DNA of 64,000 nt, taken from assembly GCF_009914755.1 (NCBI RefSeq), contig NC_060927.1; one strand, given 5' to 3'. Positions 1 through 13,264 of the stretch are shown here, one piece after another. This stretch comes from the human T2T-CHM13v2.0 reference genome, Homo sapiens. The notes beneath the pieces are model-generated. The model was not told the origin of the DNA. It made no database searches and worked only from the letters and a program-made list of their open reading frames with translations. Each line of letters starts with the position of its first letter. The stretch's first letter is position 1. Both the position numbers and the translations under genes were made by a program.

Positions 1-1074
1 GGTGACCTTGTGATGCCTGGTCTTTCCTGGTTCTCCAGGAAAAAGAAAAACTCATTATGGAAATGACACCCATGGAATGAACATTCATCTTAAAAATGAA
101 GAGTAGAGAACTCTTTGACTTTCTGCTGACATGCTCTTTCTCCAGCCCTTGGTTTAGTCACTAGAGTTGGGCCTATATCAAAGATTGGGGACAATAAATG
201 CCTACAACAGGTGACACCAACTGATCCTGCCAAGAGAAGATGCTGTGCCCAAGACATGTTGCCAAAGGAAGCTTTTTAAACATCCAAGTGAAGGAAAATG
301 AAACAGAAAATTACATGGCAGCTCACATGTGGCCACCTCAATGAAAATGTATGCCATGAAGGAACTGAATCCACCAATTGTGGTTCTCTAGAAGGGCACA
401 GTAAAGTGGAAAGAAGACTGAACAAATACCCAGAAGATCCTGATTTTTGACTCATATCAGTATTTCACTGGATTTGTGAGACTGAGTAAGACACTTGCCT
501 TCCCTGAGACTCAAATAGGGATAATAATGGTCAGAATAGGTTGACACACAGTAAGCACTCAAAAGTATTATTTGCCATAATTAGTATTTTATTAATATAA
601 TCTTCTAAGATTATTGTGTTGAATAAAAATGCATATCTGAAAGCCCTTATAAGTTGCAAAGCATTATGTAAACATAAGGAGCCCTGTAGCTTATTGTAGA
701 TGACAACACCAGTATTCTACCTGGCTATAGTTCTCTGAGCCTTTAAAATTCAGATGATTTAAATATTTTCCAGGGTACAACACTAAGTGGAAATTTTAAA
801 ACACACATCAAAATCCTTTCCTTCATAATGACTGCAACTAGGAAAAGAAATTACTTATGTATACAGACAAAGACAGGATGGAAACATGAAAAGATGAAAA
901 TAATTGGATTTGCTAATGGTAGTAGAAATGAGGGTTATTCATTTTTATGTCTATGTATTTTAATCTGTTCTTTAAATAAAAAACAGCTTCAATGTAAAAA
1001 TAATAAAATACAGAAAGTTAAGCTAAGAATTGAGATTTACATTGGGAGTACACTGATGCCCTATATATAGTAAT

Positions 1075-1250
1075 AATGATAATAACAGTAGTTTAATTTA
1101 TTGAGTAATTTCTATGGATTAGGCATGGTGTTGAGTGTTTTACATACATGGATCTGTCTAATCATCACACCAACACCATGCACACACAGGAACACATGAA
1201 GAAAATAAAACTCACCAACTAAGTAACTTGCCAGTTTCCAGTTGGCAACT
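1075..1250 (-). mobile_element. MIR SINE fragment (approximate bounds)
   Basis: taataatgataataac...tttattgagtaatttctatggattaggcatggtgttgagtgttttaca resembles the reverse complement of the MIR 3' end. Confidence 0.6.
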
Positions 1251-2599
1251 GTAGAGTACAAAAGTGCTTTGTGTGTAACAGCCTATGAAAATATTGGCTT
1301 ATTTAATCTGGGAAAAATAAGTGGATTAGCATTCTTCCAGCTCTTTAGTGGTTTTGGAAAAATTAAAGAAAAATATTAAGTCACTGATCTGAGTATTTTC
1401 ACTTCCATCTCATTTGCTCCTGCCCCTAGTATGAGTCTCACCAACTTCCCATTTTTTTGTGCTTACCTGTATGCTCGCTCTTTTGCCTGTAAATTCAACA
1501 ACAGAACTTGAACTTAAAAGAGTACTCAAAGACAATTCAACCCTCAGCCTACAGACGAGGAGTAAGGCCTAGAGAGATATGGAGGAGTTCACCAAGTCTG
1601 GGTGGAGGAAATAACTGAAATGGCCATGGAGGCACCTGTCATCAGTTACTGAAAAAAGGAAAATACAAATAAAGCAATGGCTCTAAACATAGCCATGGGC
1701 CCCTCAGACACTATTTCACAAAGCACAGCTAACTTTCCAGGAAAGAAGGAGGGTACAGAAAGCACCCTTCTTAAAACACATAGATAGGCAGACTGGGGAG
1801 CCTCAACCACATCCCATCTCCAGTGTTACTAAACTGAAAGTAAAGTCAGCTCTAAGGTCCTTTCTTATTCTGTGCATCTCATTTGCTTTTTCTTCTGTCT
1901 TGTTTTTGAAACTGGTGTTGCTATTATTGGACATATCTAAAATAACAAAGAAATGGAAAACTTTTCTACAATTTGGAGGTCAAAAATAAAATACCTATTA
2001 TTGCTTTGTTCAAAGGATTTGAGGATGTTTTACTGAAGTTGATGGTTATAAGCATTGCTACCTATGCAAAAACCAGCTGATTTTCAGTTGGAAAATTATC
2101 ATGACCTTCTTCAATAACAATTTTTGAGCACAATCCCTATACCCCAAGACTGGGCCAAGCATCAGGACTGTAGAGAGTAATTAGACATAATCCTTGCCCT
2201 AGTCTAGAGAGTAAACATTCAGTGATGATAGGTGCTTCCTTATAATGTGATAAATGCTCTAGTGGATGAATGTACAGAACATTGGTACACAGAGACAACT
2301 AATGTTTGATGAGAGTTAAAAAAAAAAAAAGAGTAGCAGCTTGTAAAATAAAAAGAAAGCAAACATCCCTCCAAAAAGTGGGACAGAATTCTTGAAAACT
2401 ATGAAGGGATCAGTTTTTGAGAGACACTGTAAGATAAGTTTAGGGACATGAGCTTTGGAATCAGTGCTCAAGCCTGGCTCTGGCTCTGTCTCTTGCTGTC
2501 TATGGTGAATTTGAAAACATAGCCAAAATCCTTCTACTCTTCTCTATAAGAAGACTAGAGGAAAAGAGGTAAAGAAACTGACTCAAACTTTTGGTTAGA

Positions 2600-2975
2600 G
2601 GACTTTTCAGCCCCTCTAATCAAAAGGTTGGTTCTGTTTATTTACCTCTTGCATCTAGCCTTTGCCATGTCTCTTGCTTTGTGACAGAAGCAGAGGTTTG
2701 GCAAGCACTTGAGCACTAGGGCTTGTCCTCTCCTTGGGTTCCTGGATCCTTGAGACCACCATGTGAAAAAGCCCGAGCTAGCCTGCTGAAGGGAAAGAGA
2801 CTGTCAGGCCTGGCAGACGACTTCCAACATGTGAGTGAGCCCACTGAGAGTAGAAATAGAATAGTCCAGCTAAGCCTGTGCTAATGGCTTACTCACAGAC
2901 TACTGAGTTGAGTAAATAATTGCTGTTCTAGTGTAAATTTTGAGGTGTTTTGTTATAGAACAAAAGTTAATTGGT
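2600..2975 (+). mobile_element. MaLR LTR (MLT1F/G-like), approximate bounds
   Basis: gaccaccatgtgaaaaagcccgagctagcctgctg and the 3' end gtaaattttgaggtgttttgttatagaacaaaagttaa are typical of MLT1. Confidence 0.55.
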
Positions 2976-4339
2976 ATCCTCAGTGACTTTGGATAATTTG
3001 CTTCACCTCTTTAAACTTGAGTGTCCTCATCTGTAACATGAAAATAATAGTAATTGTCTCCTAGTATTAACTAAAATAATGCATATGAATTATTTAGTAT
3101 AGTGCTTAGTACACGGAAAACACCAGATAAATAGTGGCTAATAGTATGATTATGTTCTTATACCCAGAATTTCATTCAGCCAGAGGTCAGTGTTGACTCT
3201 AAAGGATGTGTATGCTCAGTAACTACTAGAGCCACACAATTGCCTGGAACAGATTTTAAAAGGAAACATTGGGGATTTTTTTGTTTGTTTGATGTTTAAG
3301 CTTATCTCAGTGTTTCATACATTAGTTAATAGGTTTAAAAAATTGAAAAATGTTATTTGGTGATGTGCTCTGTTTTTGTGGGGTGTTTTTTCCCTAAATT
3401 CAACTTTTTTTCTTTAACCATCGCTTTGACACAGCAGAGTGTTAGCAGGTGAATTTTCTACTTTCTGTGACTTCAGCAGCATGTACGTGTTCCCAATTCA
3501 TCTCCCATGGGGCAAGCATGGGAAAAATATTGAATTAGATCACAGGAAGAATATGTGGATTTGCTAATGACTCTGAAAAAAAATTAAGTGCTAAGTGGTT
3601 CGATTCTTTCCACTTCTCTATCTTGAACATCAAGTCTAACAGAATTAATTTTCTAAAAATTAAAATTCTGTCCTAATGGAATACAATTAGAAAAACATTC
3701 AAACTTTCTCTTCAATAGTGTAGCTTTAATTTATTTCAAGTAACTTCAACTAATATCTAATAGCTATGAGTGTTTATATCCAACTAAAGTCAGAAATGGA
3801 CATAAATTTAAGCTAGCAGCAAATACACTGTAATAAAGAAATTTTAGCTTCTTAAAATTAGTTATATGCTAATATTTTACAGCTATCTTTGAACTGAGCT
3901 CCATCTACCCTCAATGCTCCCCTCAGTGGTAGAAATCTTGAGATGCAAATCCTTGCTCCAGGTAACATGTTTATCCTCCATGAAAGAACTATCAAAAGAA
4001 CATCCAGGAATGCATTACCAACTGCTGTTTCCTAGTAGGCAAGAGCATTATTACAGCTTCAGTCTGAGCTTCATCTGAACCTGAAATATAAATGCAAGAA
4101 CATGTGTAAGGGCTACAAAAACCAAACAGCCACCATAAAAACAATTAATGAGGGAGATTTTAATGAGAACCTTGTTTACGTTTGTAACATCAGTTCCTCC
4201 AATTTGTTTGAATTAATTTACACCACAGAGTCTAATCATGTGTGCCTCTAAATGAAAGATAAGGTGCTTAAATCACAAGAAGATGTCTGCATCTCCCACT
4301 CATATTTTGAATCCTAGCAGGGTGCTCAATTTGGAGGCC

Positions 4340-4529
4340 ATATAATGTACAATAGCGTGACTCTATAATCAGAATGCCTTTGCTTCATAGCTTTGTGCTT
4401 TCAGGCAAGTTGTATCGCCTCTCCGAGCCACAGGATTCTCATCTGCAAAGTGAAAATAATAATATAATAATATTACCTCTTAGACTTAAGCAAGATAATG
4501 CACATAAAAGCACTTAAAACAGTGACTGT
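4340..4529 (+). mobile_element. MIR, left part (interrupted by the provirus; continues at 13669-13710)
   Basis: ataatgcacataaaagcacttaaaacagtgactg joins gcacataatcgccactcaatacat beyond the provirus, matching MIR 3' consensus AAAGCGCTTAGAACAGTGCCTGGCACATAGTAAGCGCTCAATAAAT. Confidence 0.75.
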
Positions 4530-4857
4530 TGTCACGGGTGTGACTACCTGGGGCTGGTGTCGCAGGTGGTAAGGGAATTTGCCAAGAGAGTTGTATGTAA
4601 AGCAAGGCAGATTTACTAGAGAAAGTATGAAATACATTGCAAGGTTACAACAGACAGTACAATAGAGAAGGGGCTATCTGCCAAGAGATGAGGGACTGGA
4701 GGGAAGATTTATAGGGTCATGCTGGAGGGGGCTATGTGTGGAACAAGGTCACTGTGACCATGGGTTGTTTGTGATTAGCCATCTCTCAGAATAACTGTTT
4801 ATTGTTTCTCCCCACAGGGGACCCTCCCCCACCTGGGAATCCTTCCTCAGACTCCCC
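4530..4857 (-). mobile_element. 3' LTR (MER83-like)
   Basis: Begins tgtcacgggtgtgactac on + and aligns by eye with 13286-13668; adjacent purine tract AGAGGGGAAAA(GG) on the minus strand (~4856-4868) is the PPT. Confidence 0.85.
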
Positions 4858-5116
4858 TTTTCCCCTCTGACAGAACAACAATGACAAGTCTTTGGCACTA
4901 GGGCAGTGGTCTTATCCTCCAACTACTTCCTGCTGGCCTTGGGTGTAGAGTTGACCCTAACTATGGCTGTTGGTCTGTCGGGAGATCCTGTGGGTCATTG
5001 TCCTGGACTGTGGGACTTAGGATATTGGATCTTGCTGGAGGAAGCGACTCATCAGAGATGGGGAGCATGTCAAGGTGAAACTGGTGTCCAGCTGAATCCA
5101 AGGGAGATTTGTTCAG

Positions 5117-6768
5117 TTAGTGAGCATCACTGGTGAGAGACTGATATTCCATTTGCAGCATTATTCGAAGGTGAAACTGCTGAATTCTAGAAGACACAAA
5201 TTTAACAAGTAAGTTGAAGATGCAAGGGCCAAAAAGAAGGAATAATAAAATGCCTGTTAGTGACACAAGGAGCAACCAGAAGAACCATCCCCAGGTGGAT
5301 GTCCATGAAGACCATCCTTGTGATGCCTTTTCCTCAATTTCAGTGTTTTTTGATAGGGTCCCACACTATTCCTGCTTGATTAATATAAACATAACAATCT
5401 TCTTTAAGGGCTAAACAAATGCCCCCCATGGGCTGCCATAAGTAGATTTAGGCCATGGTTGTTTTAAATAACTGCTGCTAGGGGGTCTACCTGATCTTGG
5501 AGGACTTCCAGAGTGTCAGAGATGCATTTGAGCTCAGGGGTGAGTTCGATTGAGAGGGCATGATAAGTAGGGACTGCAAGGCTCATACGTGTTATTCTTG
5601 TACCTAATCCAGTGGCAATTCCTAGGCCAATGAGTAAGGGAATCAGATGGATGGCCCATTTTTCCCCACTAGAACTGTAAAGTGGAATTGGGAGGGATTG
5701 ATCAGAAGGAGCAATTTGGATGTCTGGAGCTAAGTAAAGTAGTGTACAAGTCCCAGTCCAGTTGGCTGGAAGACAAATATATGCATTTGATTCTCAGAGG
5801 AAGAAAGCTCCCTTAGATTTAGGGGAAGATGTTAGACTTAAAGTGAAGAAACAGTGTATTTTGGCCTTCTGACCTGAAGAAATACTGAATAGCTAGTGCA
5901 TAGTTGTAAGAGGCTGTAAGGCTTGGATATTACAGTTTGCATTTGGTGGGTTTCATTTTCCCAGAATAAATGAAAGCATTGAGCATCTAGAAACATCTGA
6001 GATTTGGGGCTGCTGAGCACGGGAATGTGTAGGCAATTATTTGGGGAATTTGAAACCTTGCAATTTTGCCATGGGACTGGGTCAGAACAAGTGTCTGGAG
6101 AAGGGCACCTTGTGCAGTAGTGAGACTTTATGTTTTGGAGATTTGGGGAATTGAGGGCAGCTGGGCCTGATATTCTAACTGGTACTGAATTGCGTTTTCC
6201 CTCTGATATGTTTTTCTATTGGTGATACTTATAGTTACAGTGTAGTTTTGAAGGGAGTTAGGAATATTACCCTCAGGATTGGAGCAATGTTCACTGTTGT
6301 TTTAAGACAAATAGGAGCTTGATGTTTGGGTTGGACTTGTTTAGAAAGGGGGCTTACAACAGGGTTTGGAGTCTACCATTGTCTCTCGGCTCAGTACCAG
6401 TCCTTCCAGAGGGTTGCTGTTTTTAGCTTGGTTGTGTATTGGCTTAAATAGGCAGAGAATGCAGATATTATGCCTCATGCATGCTTTTTAAGGTCCCATG
6501 GGAGTTGGGGGAACAGGAATTTAGGGTACCAGGTGGTGTTAAAATGGATCCAATCCTGAATAGAAATAGGGAATGCAGAAGCATACCTTTCAGGGGTTAG
6601 TGGTAAGCAAAGCCAAAAATCCTTTCCATGCAGAGAATGTTTTTCCCTTAATAGCTTATGGGCCCCTTCAAGTAGGGTACAATCCATGAAGCTAGGCAGA
6701 GTAAGGTTCACTGTAAGTGTTAACGCTAAGTGGAGAGACATCCAAATAACTGGGATGAAGCCTGCCAT
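5117..6768 (-). pseudogene. Decayed retroviral env, HERV-FRD/syncytin-2-like
   Basis: Signal peptide MAGFIPVIWMSLHLALTL; LLEGAHKLL...DFWLC (CWLC relic); CLPANWTGTC; fusion peptide AIHLIPLLIGLGIATGLGT; ISD relic QDQVDPLAAVI*NNHGLNLLMAAHGG/ICLALKEDCYVYINQ; TM LLFLLFGPCIFNLLVKFVSSRIQ. Contains stops and frameshifts. Confidence 0.85.
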
Positions 6769-7094
6769 GTTAAAAGTAACAAGATATAATGAATTCAGGG
6801 AGACAAGAGAGAAGAGCCACAAATATAAGAAAACAACTGGACAGAGTCCTAGAACTTCTGCAAACCTGTGTTGTGGGGTGGGGGTGAATGATATAGCTAA
6901 GATACATATAAGGAAATTTAGTCCAGGTGGAACTCCTGGAAATTACCCTGAAGACAGCAAGTTTGGGTGAGTTGTTCATAAAAGCATTTATAGCAGAAGA
7001 CAAAGCTGACCATGGAAAACTTCTGAGTACTGGCTTAAGGACTGTAAGAGGATGAAGTAAGCCCTCTACATATTAGGGTGGATATCACTGGAGT

Positions 7095-10000
7095 TCAGGT
7101 CCCACCTGAACAACAGATGAAAGTCTCCAACTGGTTCACAGGTTTAAGTGTTCTTTGTTGGGTGCTGGTGCCACCTTGACCCTGAAGAGGTAAATCCACA
7201 GAGAGGCCTTGGAGATTTACAGCTGTTGGGGTCATAAGGAGAACTTGGTATGATCTAATCCAAAGAGGCTCCAGTGGCTTTTTGTCCTTTGGGACGACAT
7301 ACCCAGTCTCCAGGCATAAGATTAGGGAGAGTGTCTCCTGAAAAACAGGGTTTAGGTTTTGGGCTATGAAAATTCTGATAATGATTAATGGCCTTGATGG
7401 TTTGTCCCAGGGGTATAACATATTGCATGAGATAATGACTCTTTGGTTCTACCAAAAGATCTATTGGAGGAAAGATCTTCCATAGAGAATCTCAAAGGGG
7501 CTGAGTTTCATATTTTGGAGTGATATGGACTTTTCAGAGTGCAATGAGGAGTAAAGTTGGCCATGACTGTTGGATTCCATAAATTACCTTCATGAGGTAC
7601 TTTTTTATGGTTTGGTTGGCTCTCTCCACGTTCCCAGAAGATTGTGATGCCAAGCCACATGCATGGTCTGGAAAGCACTGATTCCCTGCATTATTTGAGA
7701 AATAAAAGTGGGGCCATTGTCTGACTATAGGGTATAAGGGAGCCCAAAATGAAGAGGAATGTGACCTAAAAGGGCCGAAGCGACTTCTAAGGTCCACTTG
7801 GTTTTAGTGGCAAAGGCCTCTACCCATCCAGTGAAGGTGTCTACAAAAACTAACTAGTACCTGAGTCCCTTGCATAGTGGCATGTACGTAAACTCTATTT
7901 GTCAGTCTTCTCCAGGTAAGGTCCCTCATTTTTGAATTGGTTGAAGGAGTAGGGAAGGTTTGTGGACTCCCTCTGGGTTTATTTGGGAGCAGGTGAGACA
8001 GGCCTGTGAGATGGCCCATAGTTTGGGCTACCCTCTTGCTGGTAAACAGCAGCTTTATTACTCTCTGGAGGGCCTTAGCCCCTAGATGAGTTGATTGGTG
8101 TAAGCTGTTTAGAAGCTGCCATTGTGAGGCTCCTGGAAGCAAGAGTTTCCCATCAGGACCTTTTAAGTCAGCCTTCTGAGGTATGGGAGAAACCCCTTTC
8201 TAGAGCTTCTGGGTTTCCTCCTGTGTATAGTGTGGAGACAAGGGAGTTAGGGTGGGAACTAGGACAGACTAAAGGGGCAGCCTGGCTGCCAGTTTTGCTT
8301 GTTTGTCAGCCTGGTTGTTCCCAATAGAGATTTCATCATTGTTCCTCTAATAGGCTTTGCAGTGAATGATAGCTAATGTGAGGGAAGCATAATTGCCTCC
8401 AACTTGGCCATTATTTCAAGAGCATGTTTAATTCGAATATTTGGGGCCATTAAAAGCCCTCTTTCCCGCCAAATGGCTGCATGGGCATGCACTACATGAA
8501 AGACATAGGACAAGTCTGTTTAGATGTTAAGCCTCATGCTTGTCCCTAATTGTAAGGCTCAGGTAAGAGCAATGAGCTCAGCCTTTTGGGCTGAGGTAGT
8601 GTCTCCTGAAAGGGGTCTAGATTTTATGACTTCAGCTAGGCTAACAATAGCATAGCCTAACAATCGGGTTCCACCTGTCATAAAGTTATTTCCATCTGTG
8701 GCCTCAGGATCTATAAGAGATATATCCAGGAGGTCTAGTCTAGCATTACAAGTTAAATCTATGGTTTCCAAGCAAGAATGTTCAAGTGGTCTCTCTACAT
8801 TTGGGTCAGGTAACAAGGGTGGCAGGATTAAGAGTTTGACAGGGCCTAATACTCAATTCTGGTACCTGTGGAAGGAGTGTTTGATATTTGCTAATACAGC
8901 TGTCTGAGATCCAGTGAAAGGCCTTTGAGTTTAGGACATCCATTACCTGATGTGGGGTGTATAGAGTTATTCCTTGACCCAGAGTTAGCTTGAAGGCCTT
9001 CTTAACTAGGAGAGCCACAGATGCTAGCATTCAGAGGCATAGAGGCCATCCCTATGCTACTAGGTCAAGGGTTTTTGATAAGTAAGCAATTGGCCGTTGA
9101 GAAAGTCACAATGGATAGTGAGGATTCCAAGGGCGATACCCCTTCTTTCAAGTACAAACAAGTAAAAAGGCTTTCTAAGATCTGGCAAGGCAGGGCTGGG
9201 GTGGAGGTGAGTGCTTGTTTCAGGGTTTTAGGGACATTATTTATTTCAAGGCTCCAATTTAAGTGTTCCTCCTCTGGTCTTCACAGTGCCTTATACAGAG
9301 GTTTTGCTATAATCCCAAACTGGGCTATCCAAGTGTGACAGAAGCCTGCCATTCTCCAAAAGGACCACAGTTGCTGTCTAGTGAATAGAATGCTCATGTT
9401 TAGGATAAGATATTTGCAGCACTTTGAGAGACCCTTGGACCCTGGGGTTAATGTTTGTCCCAAGAATTGGACCTCCTGAGAGGAGATTTGAGCTTTGGAA
9501 GCAGAGACTTTATAACCACAGGAGGCCAATCTCTGAAGAGTTTTAGTAGTATTTAGGTCTGAGACGTGTTTGGTTGGGCTGAAAATAAGCAGGTCATCAA
9601 CATTTTGAAGCAGGACACTATCAGGGAGAGTTGAAGGGTGAAGAGATCTTTGTCAAGAGCTTATCAAAATAGGTGTGGGCTATCTCTAAATCCCTGGGGG
9701 AGGTCTCTCCAGGTTAATTGTTAGGAAACATGATTAGAAGGGTCATCATTCAAAGACAAATAAAAATTCAGAGTCCAGGTGTACTGAAATGCAAAAGAAA
9801 GCATCTTTTAGATCTATTACTGTGAACCAAGAAGTGCCAGAAGGAATTTTGCCCTAGCAGGCTGTAAGGATTGGGAACAATTAGATGTATTGGGATTACT
9901 GCTTCACTGATGGCCCTCAGGTCTTGTAGTATTGTATAGGTGCCGTCTGACTTTTTTATTTTTTTATTTTATTTTATTTTATTTTTTGAGCCACAGTCTC

Positions 10001-10747
10001 ACTTTGTTGCCCAGGATGGAGTGCAGTGGTGCAATCTCAGCTTACTCTAACTTCCATCTCCCAGGTTCAAGCTGCTGCAGCCTCCCAAACTGTCTTTTTG
10101 ACTGCCCAGATGGGTGTATTATGTAATGAGTTACAAGGGCAGAGTAACCCCATGGCCAAAAATTTCTCTATTAGGAGGTGTAAGCTTATTTGAGTTTTGG
10201 CTTTAAAGGTTATTGGGGCATCCTAGAGAAGGATTTGGGACTTTTAAGGTGGATTTTTATAGGATCTGTGAACAATGAACAGATCCTATAAAAATCCTTC
10301 CTGAAGTGGAAGTATCCTATACCTCTGAAGGAACGTATTGTAGAATAGAAGGCTTTATTATCTTTGGGCTTTCGGTGTCAGGGGCTAGTAAGCTTAATAA
10401 TGGGCAGGAAAGCTCAGACAATTGAAGTTTGGTTTGGATCTTTGTCATTATGTCCCTCCCAAGTAGCGGGATTGGGCAACTGGCAAAGCAAGGAAAGAAT
10501 GGGTGAAAATATTTTTTGCAAAGGTACATACTAAAGGAGAAGTAAATTACCCCTGTTTTAGCTGGCCATCTCTGCTGGTAAGGAGGATTGAGGACTGAAA
10601 AGTAGGTCCAGGAAAATTAATTAGGGCAGAGTAATCTTCTCCTGTATCAATCAATAACTCAGTTCTTCTTCCTGCCACGTCTAGGGTTACCAAACACTCA
10701 GCCATAGTGATGGAAAACACAGGAGCCTAAATGGTTTTGGGGACCTG
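7095..10747 (-). pseudogene. Decayed pro-pol (protease, RT, RNase H, integrase)
   Basis: PR LIDTGEDYS (~10640); RT QDLRAISEAVIP and LQNVDDLL (~9600, YVDD relic); RNase H TSAQKAELIALT (ORF 8559..8816); IN LHQSTHLG, SSGNVERANQTIK, LEPLW...YQVLLMTPTAV; many frameshifts. Confidence 0.9.
9952..10089 (-). mobile_element. 5'-truncated Alu (right-arm part) inserted in the proviral RT region
   Basis: T-rich tail then gagccacagtctcactttgttgcccaggatggagtgcagtgg; TSD ctgacttttt / ctgtcttttt; RT reads PIWAVKK | KSDGTY across it. Confidence 0.85.
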
Positions 10748-12482
10748 TCAATCTGGGAAAGAGAGGGAATGGCCCTTCCTGGGACTCATCCCTTCTTCCC
10801 TTTTGTTCCTATTGGTTTCCTCATAGTTGAGGAGCAGAGTCAAGCATTCTTTGCCATTCTCTCAAGTTGGCCTGCAATTGAAGTTGCTAGTAAAGGGTGA
10901 CCTCCTGCATGAGAGAGAGAAAGGAAGTCCCATTTCCAGTGCCCCACTTGTTTGCAGTGTGGGTAGGGGCCAGGTGGCAGTTGCTGGGGACCAGATAATG
11001 GCTGGAGAGAGTTTTGTCAGTGTTGGCTAATATTCCCTGACTGGTACAATGATAGCAAATGGGGGCCTCCCTTATTGGCTGCTGGGCTGTATCCTGATGG
11101 CTGACCCAGGGCCTTTGAGGTAGGCAGGGAGTTAGCAACAGTTGTGCCCATATAATGGGCCTGCTGCTTATCTCTTTCTCATTCCTTCCGATCCTGTTCA
11201 GTTCTTGAGACCTCCTCTCAATTATTGAAGACCTTGAAGGCCATGTCCAGCAATTTGAGGAAAGGAGTTTGTGGTTCCTTATCTAGTTTTTGGAGTTGAT
11301 GTCTAATGTCTGATGACGCCTGGCTGATGAAATGAATAGCCCAGATGGTGGGCCTTCTGGGCTTTCAGGGTTCAAATAGTATATTTTCTCATAGCCTCAG
11401 CCGGCCTGAAATGGAATAGGGCTAGGTTTTTATTTGATGCCTGTGTTATTTCCCTTAGTGTGACATAATTTACAGGTTTTATGGTGGCCTTCTTCATGCC
11501 CTCAATCAGGCAAGTGGTCATGTGATTATGATGTTCCTTGCTGTGGTCTCCCTCTTGACATCACCACCTAGATCAGTGTCATGCACTGTGGTTCTCCCAG
11601 GGCCAGACTCCTGGGGATTTGGGGAATGTACCTCATCTGCCCATCTTTGGGCCAGAGACCAAATGCAGGATTTTTCCTTGTGGGTGCAACAAGTGGTGAA
11701 AATAATATAGATGTCCTACCAAGTGAGGTAGAAGGAAACAGCAAAGTCTTTAAATTCCTTCATGAAGTGAGAAAGGTCTTGGCTGAAAGAGCTGAGCTTA
11801 GTTTCTATTTGGAAAAGATCAGATATTGGGAAGGGAATATGGACTCTGATGGTTCCTAGATTCCCATTTGCCACCTCCTGGAGTGGCAGAACTTTTTCTG
11901 GGCCTGAAATGGGATCCTAGGTGGCCCCTGACTTGTATGTGAAGGGGAGAAGTGTCCTGATAAGGAGGAGGCAACAGAAAATAACATCCAAGGTTTGGGT
12001 GTCAGGGGGAAGGTGAGGGAGAAGGAGCAAATGCAGACAGTGTAATTGGATGTGAAGGTGGCTTGTTAGGGAAAGAAGGCGTGATCTCAACTTGTCCAGC
12101 CGGGTATGGAGAATGGTAGAGAGTAAAAGAAGGATCATCGAAATGTAAGACGAGTCAGGGGGACCAGAGAATCTAGCCATGCACATTCAACAGGTTTTGT
12201 GGAGATTAGCATCCTGAAAGTCATGAAAACCTGGACATTAAGAATTTCAGACCATTTAGAAGAGTTGTGACAGAAAAGATCAAGCTGTAAAATGGTATTG
12301 GGGCAAGGGTCCAGCCTGGAGACCGGGAGGATTCCTGATCTGGAAGTTTATAAAGTGGCCATACTGTATTACACAAGAAAATTAGACATTTCTTTTTAAG
12401 AGTCTGAGTGTCAAATTTATCCCAATGCTTTAAAATGCAGTGCAGGGTTAAGTCTGAGAGAATGGATGGGGCTTTGTCCCAT
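10748..12482 (-). pseudogene. Decayed gag (MA-CA-NC)
   Basis: ATG GGA CAA (MGQ) at 12482; LHCILKHWDKFDTQTLKKKCLIFLCNTVWP (HERV-W/H/F-type MA); MHR-like KPVNYVTLREITQ (~11440); NC relic ICYHC; gag TGA at 10748-10750 just before pro. Confidence 0.85.
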
Positions 12483-13264
12483 GATGGGACTGGGGAAAAA
12501 AAAAAATCCCCTGGGAACATGAACTGCAATTTCTTTTGAAGCTTCCTGCAAAGGAAGAGGGCTCCACTAGTCTTTACTTAAGGACTTCAAAATGCACTTT
12601 CCAAAGAGATATTCCATCTATTGGAAAGGATCTCTCAGTGATAGAGCCTTACATTGGATGAACACTGGGTAAGAGACCCAAGGTCAGTCCAGGTACAAAT
12701 TACACTGTTTGCTCAATCCAGGTATGCCAGAAAAACGTTGAGGGAAGACTTATCATCCTGGTGCTGTTTGGGATCACCTGGCTTAAGACATCTGGAGCAG
12801 GATGGCTGGCTGTCTTCACAGGAGAGTTTAGAGTGAGAAAGAGGGAGTTTATGTTCTCCAAAATGGGTGTAGGTTCACCCTGGTTGAACTTCTGCTGCCA
12901 ATTGCACTACACATAAGGGATTGGAGTCTCTTGACCAGAAAAGATAACAGAAAGCCTGCCTACCTTCCTTGCAAGGCAGGCAAACCTGTTCACCCCAGGC
13001 CTTCAGGCTGTACCAGGGAGTGGCCATCAATTTCCAGAGGGATACTAGAGTTTGTCCACTAGACGACTGAAAAGGAAAGAACACTCTGAACTCTCATCTG
13101 ATCAGGCGATGGCAATCAGACGTCTTCCCACCAGGACCTCTGGTCTGCCTGGGAGTGGCCCTTGCCAGGGACCTTCAGTTGTCTCTGGACTTGAACACTG
13201 ACCACCAAGAGTCTGGAATTGGAGGAGAGGGAAGGGATAGAGTAGTAGAGAGGTCCCCAAGAAG

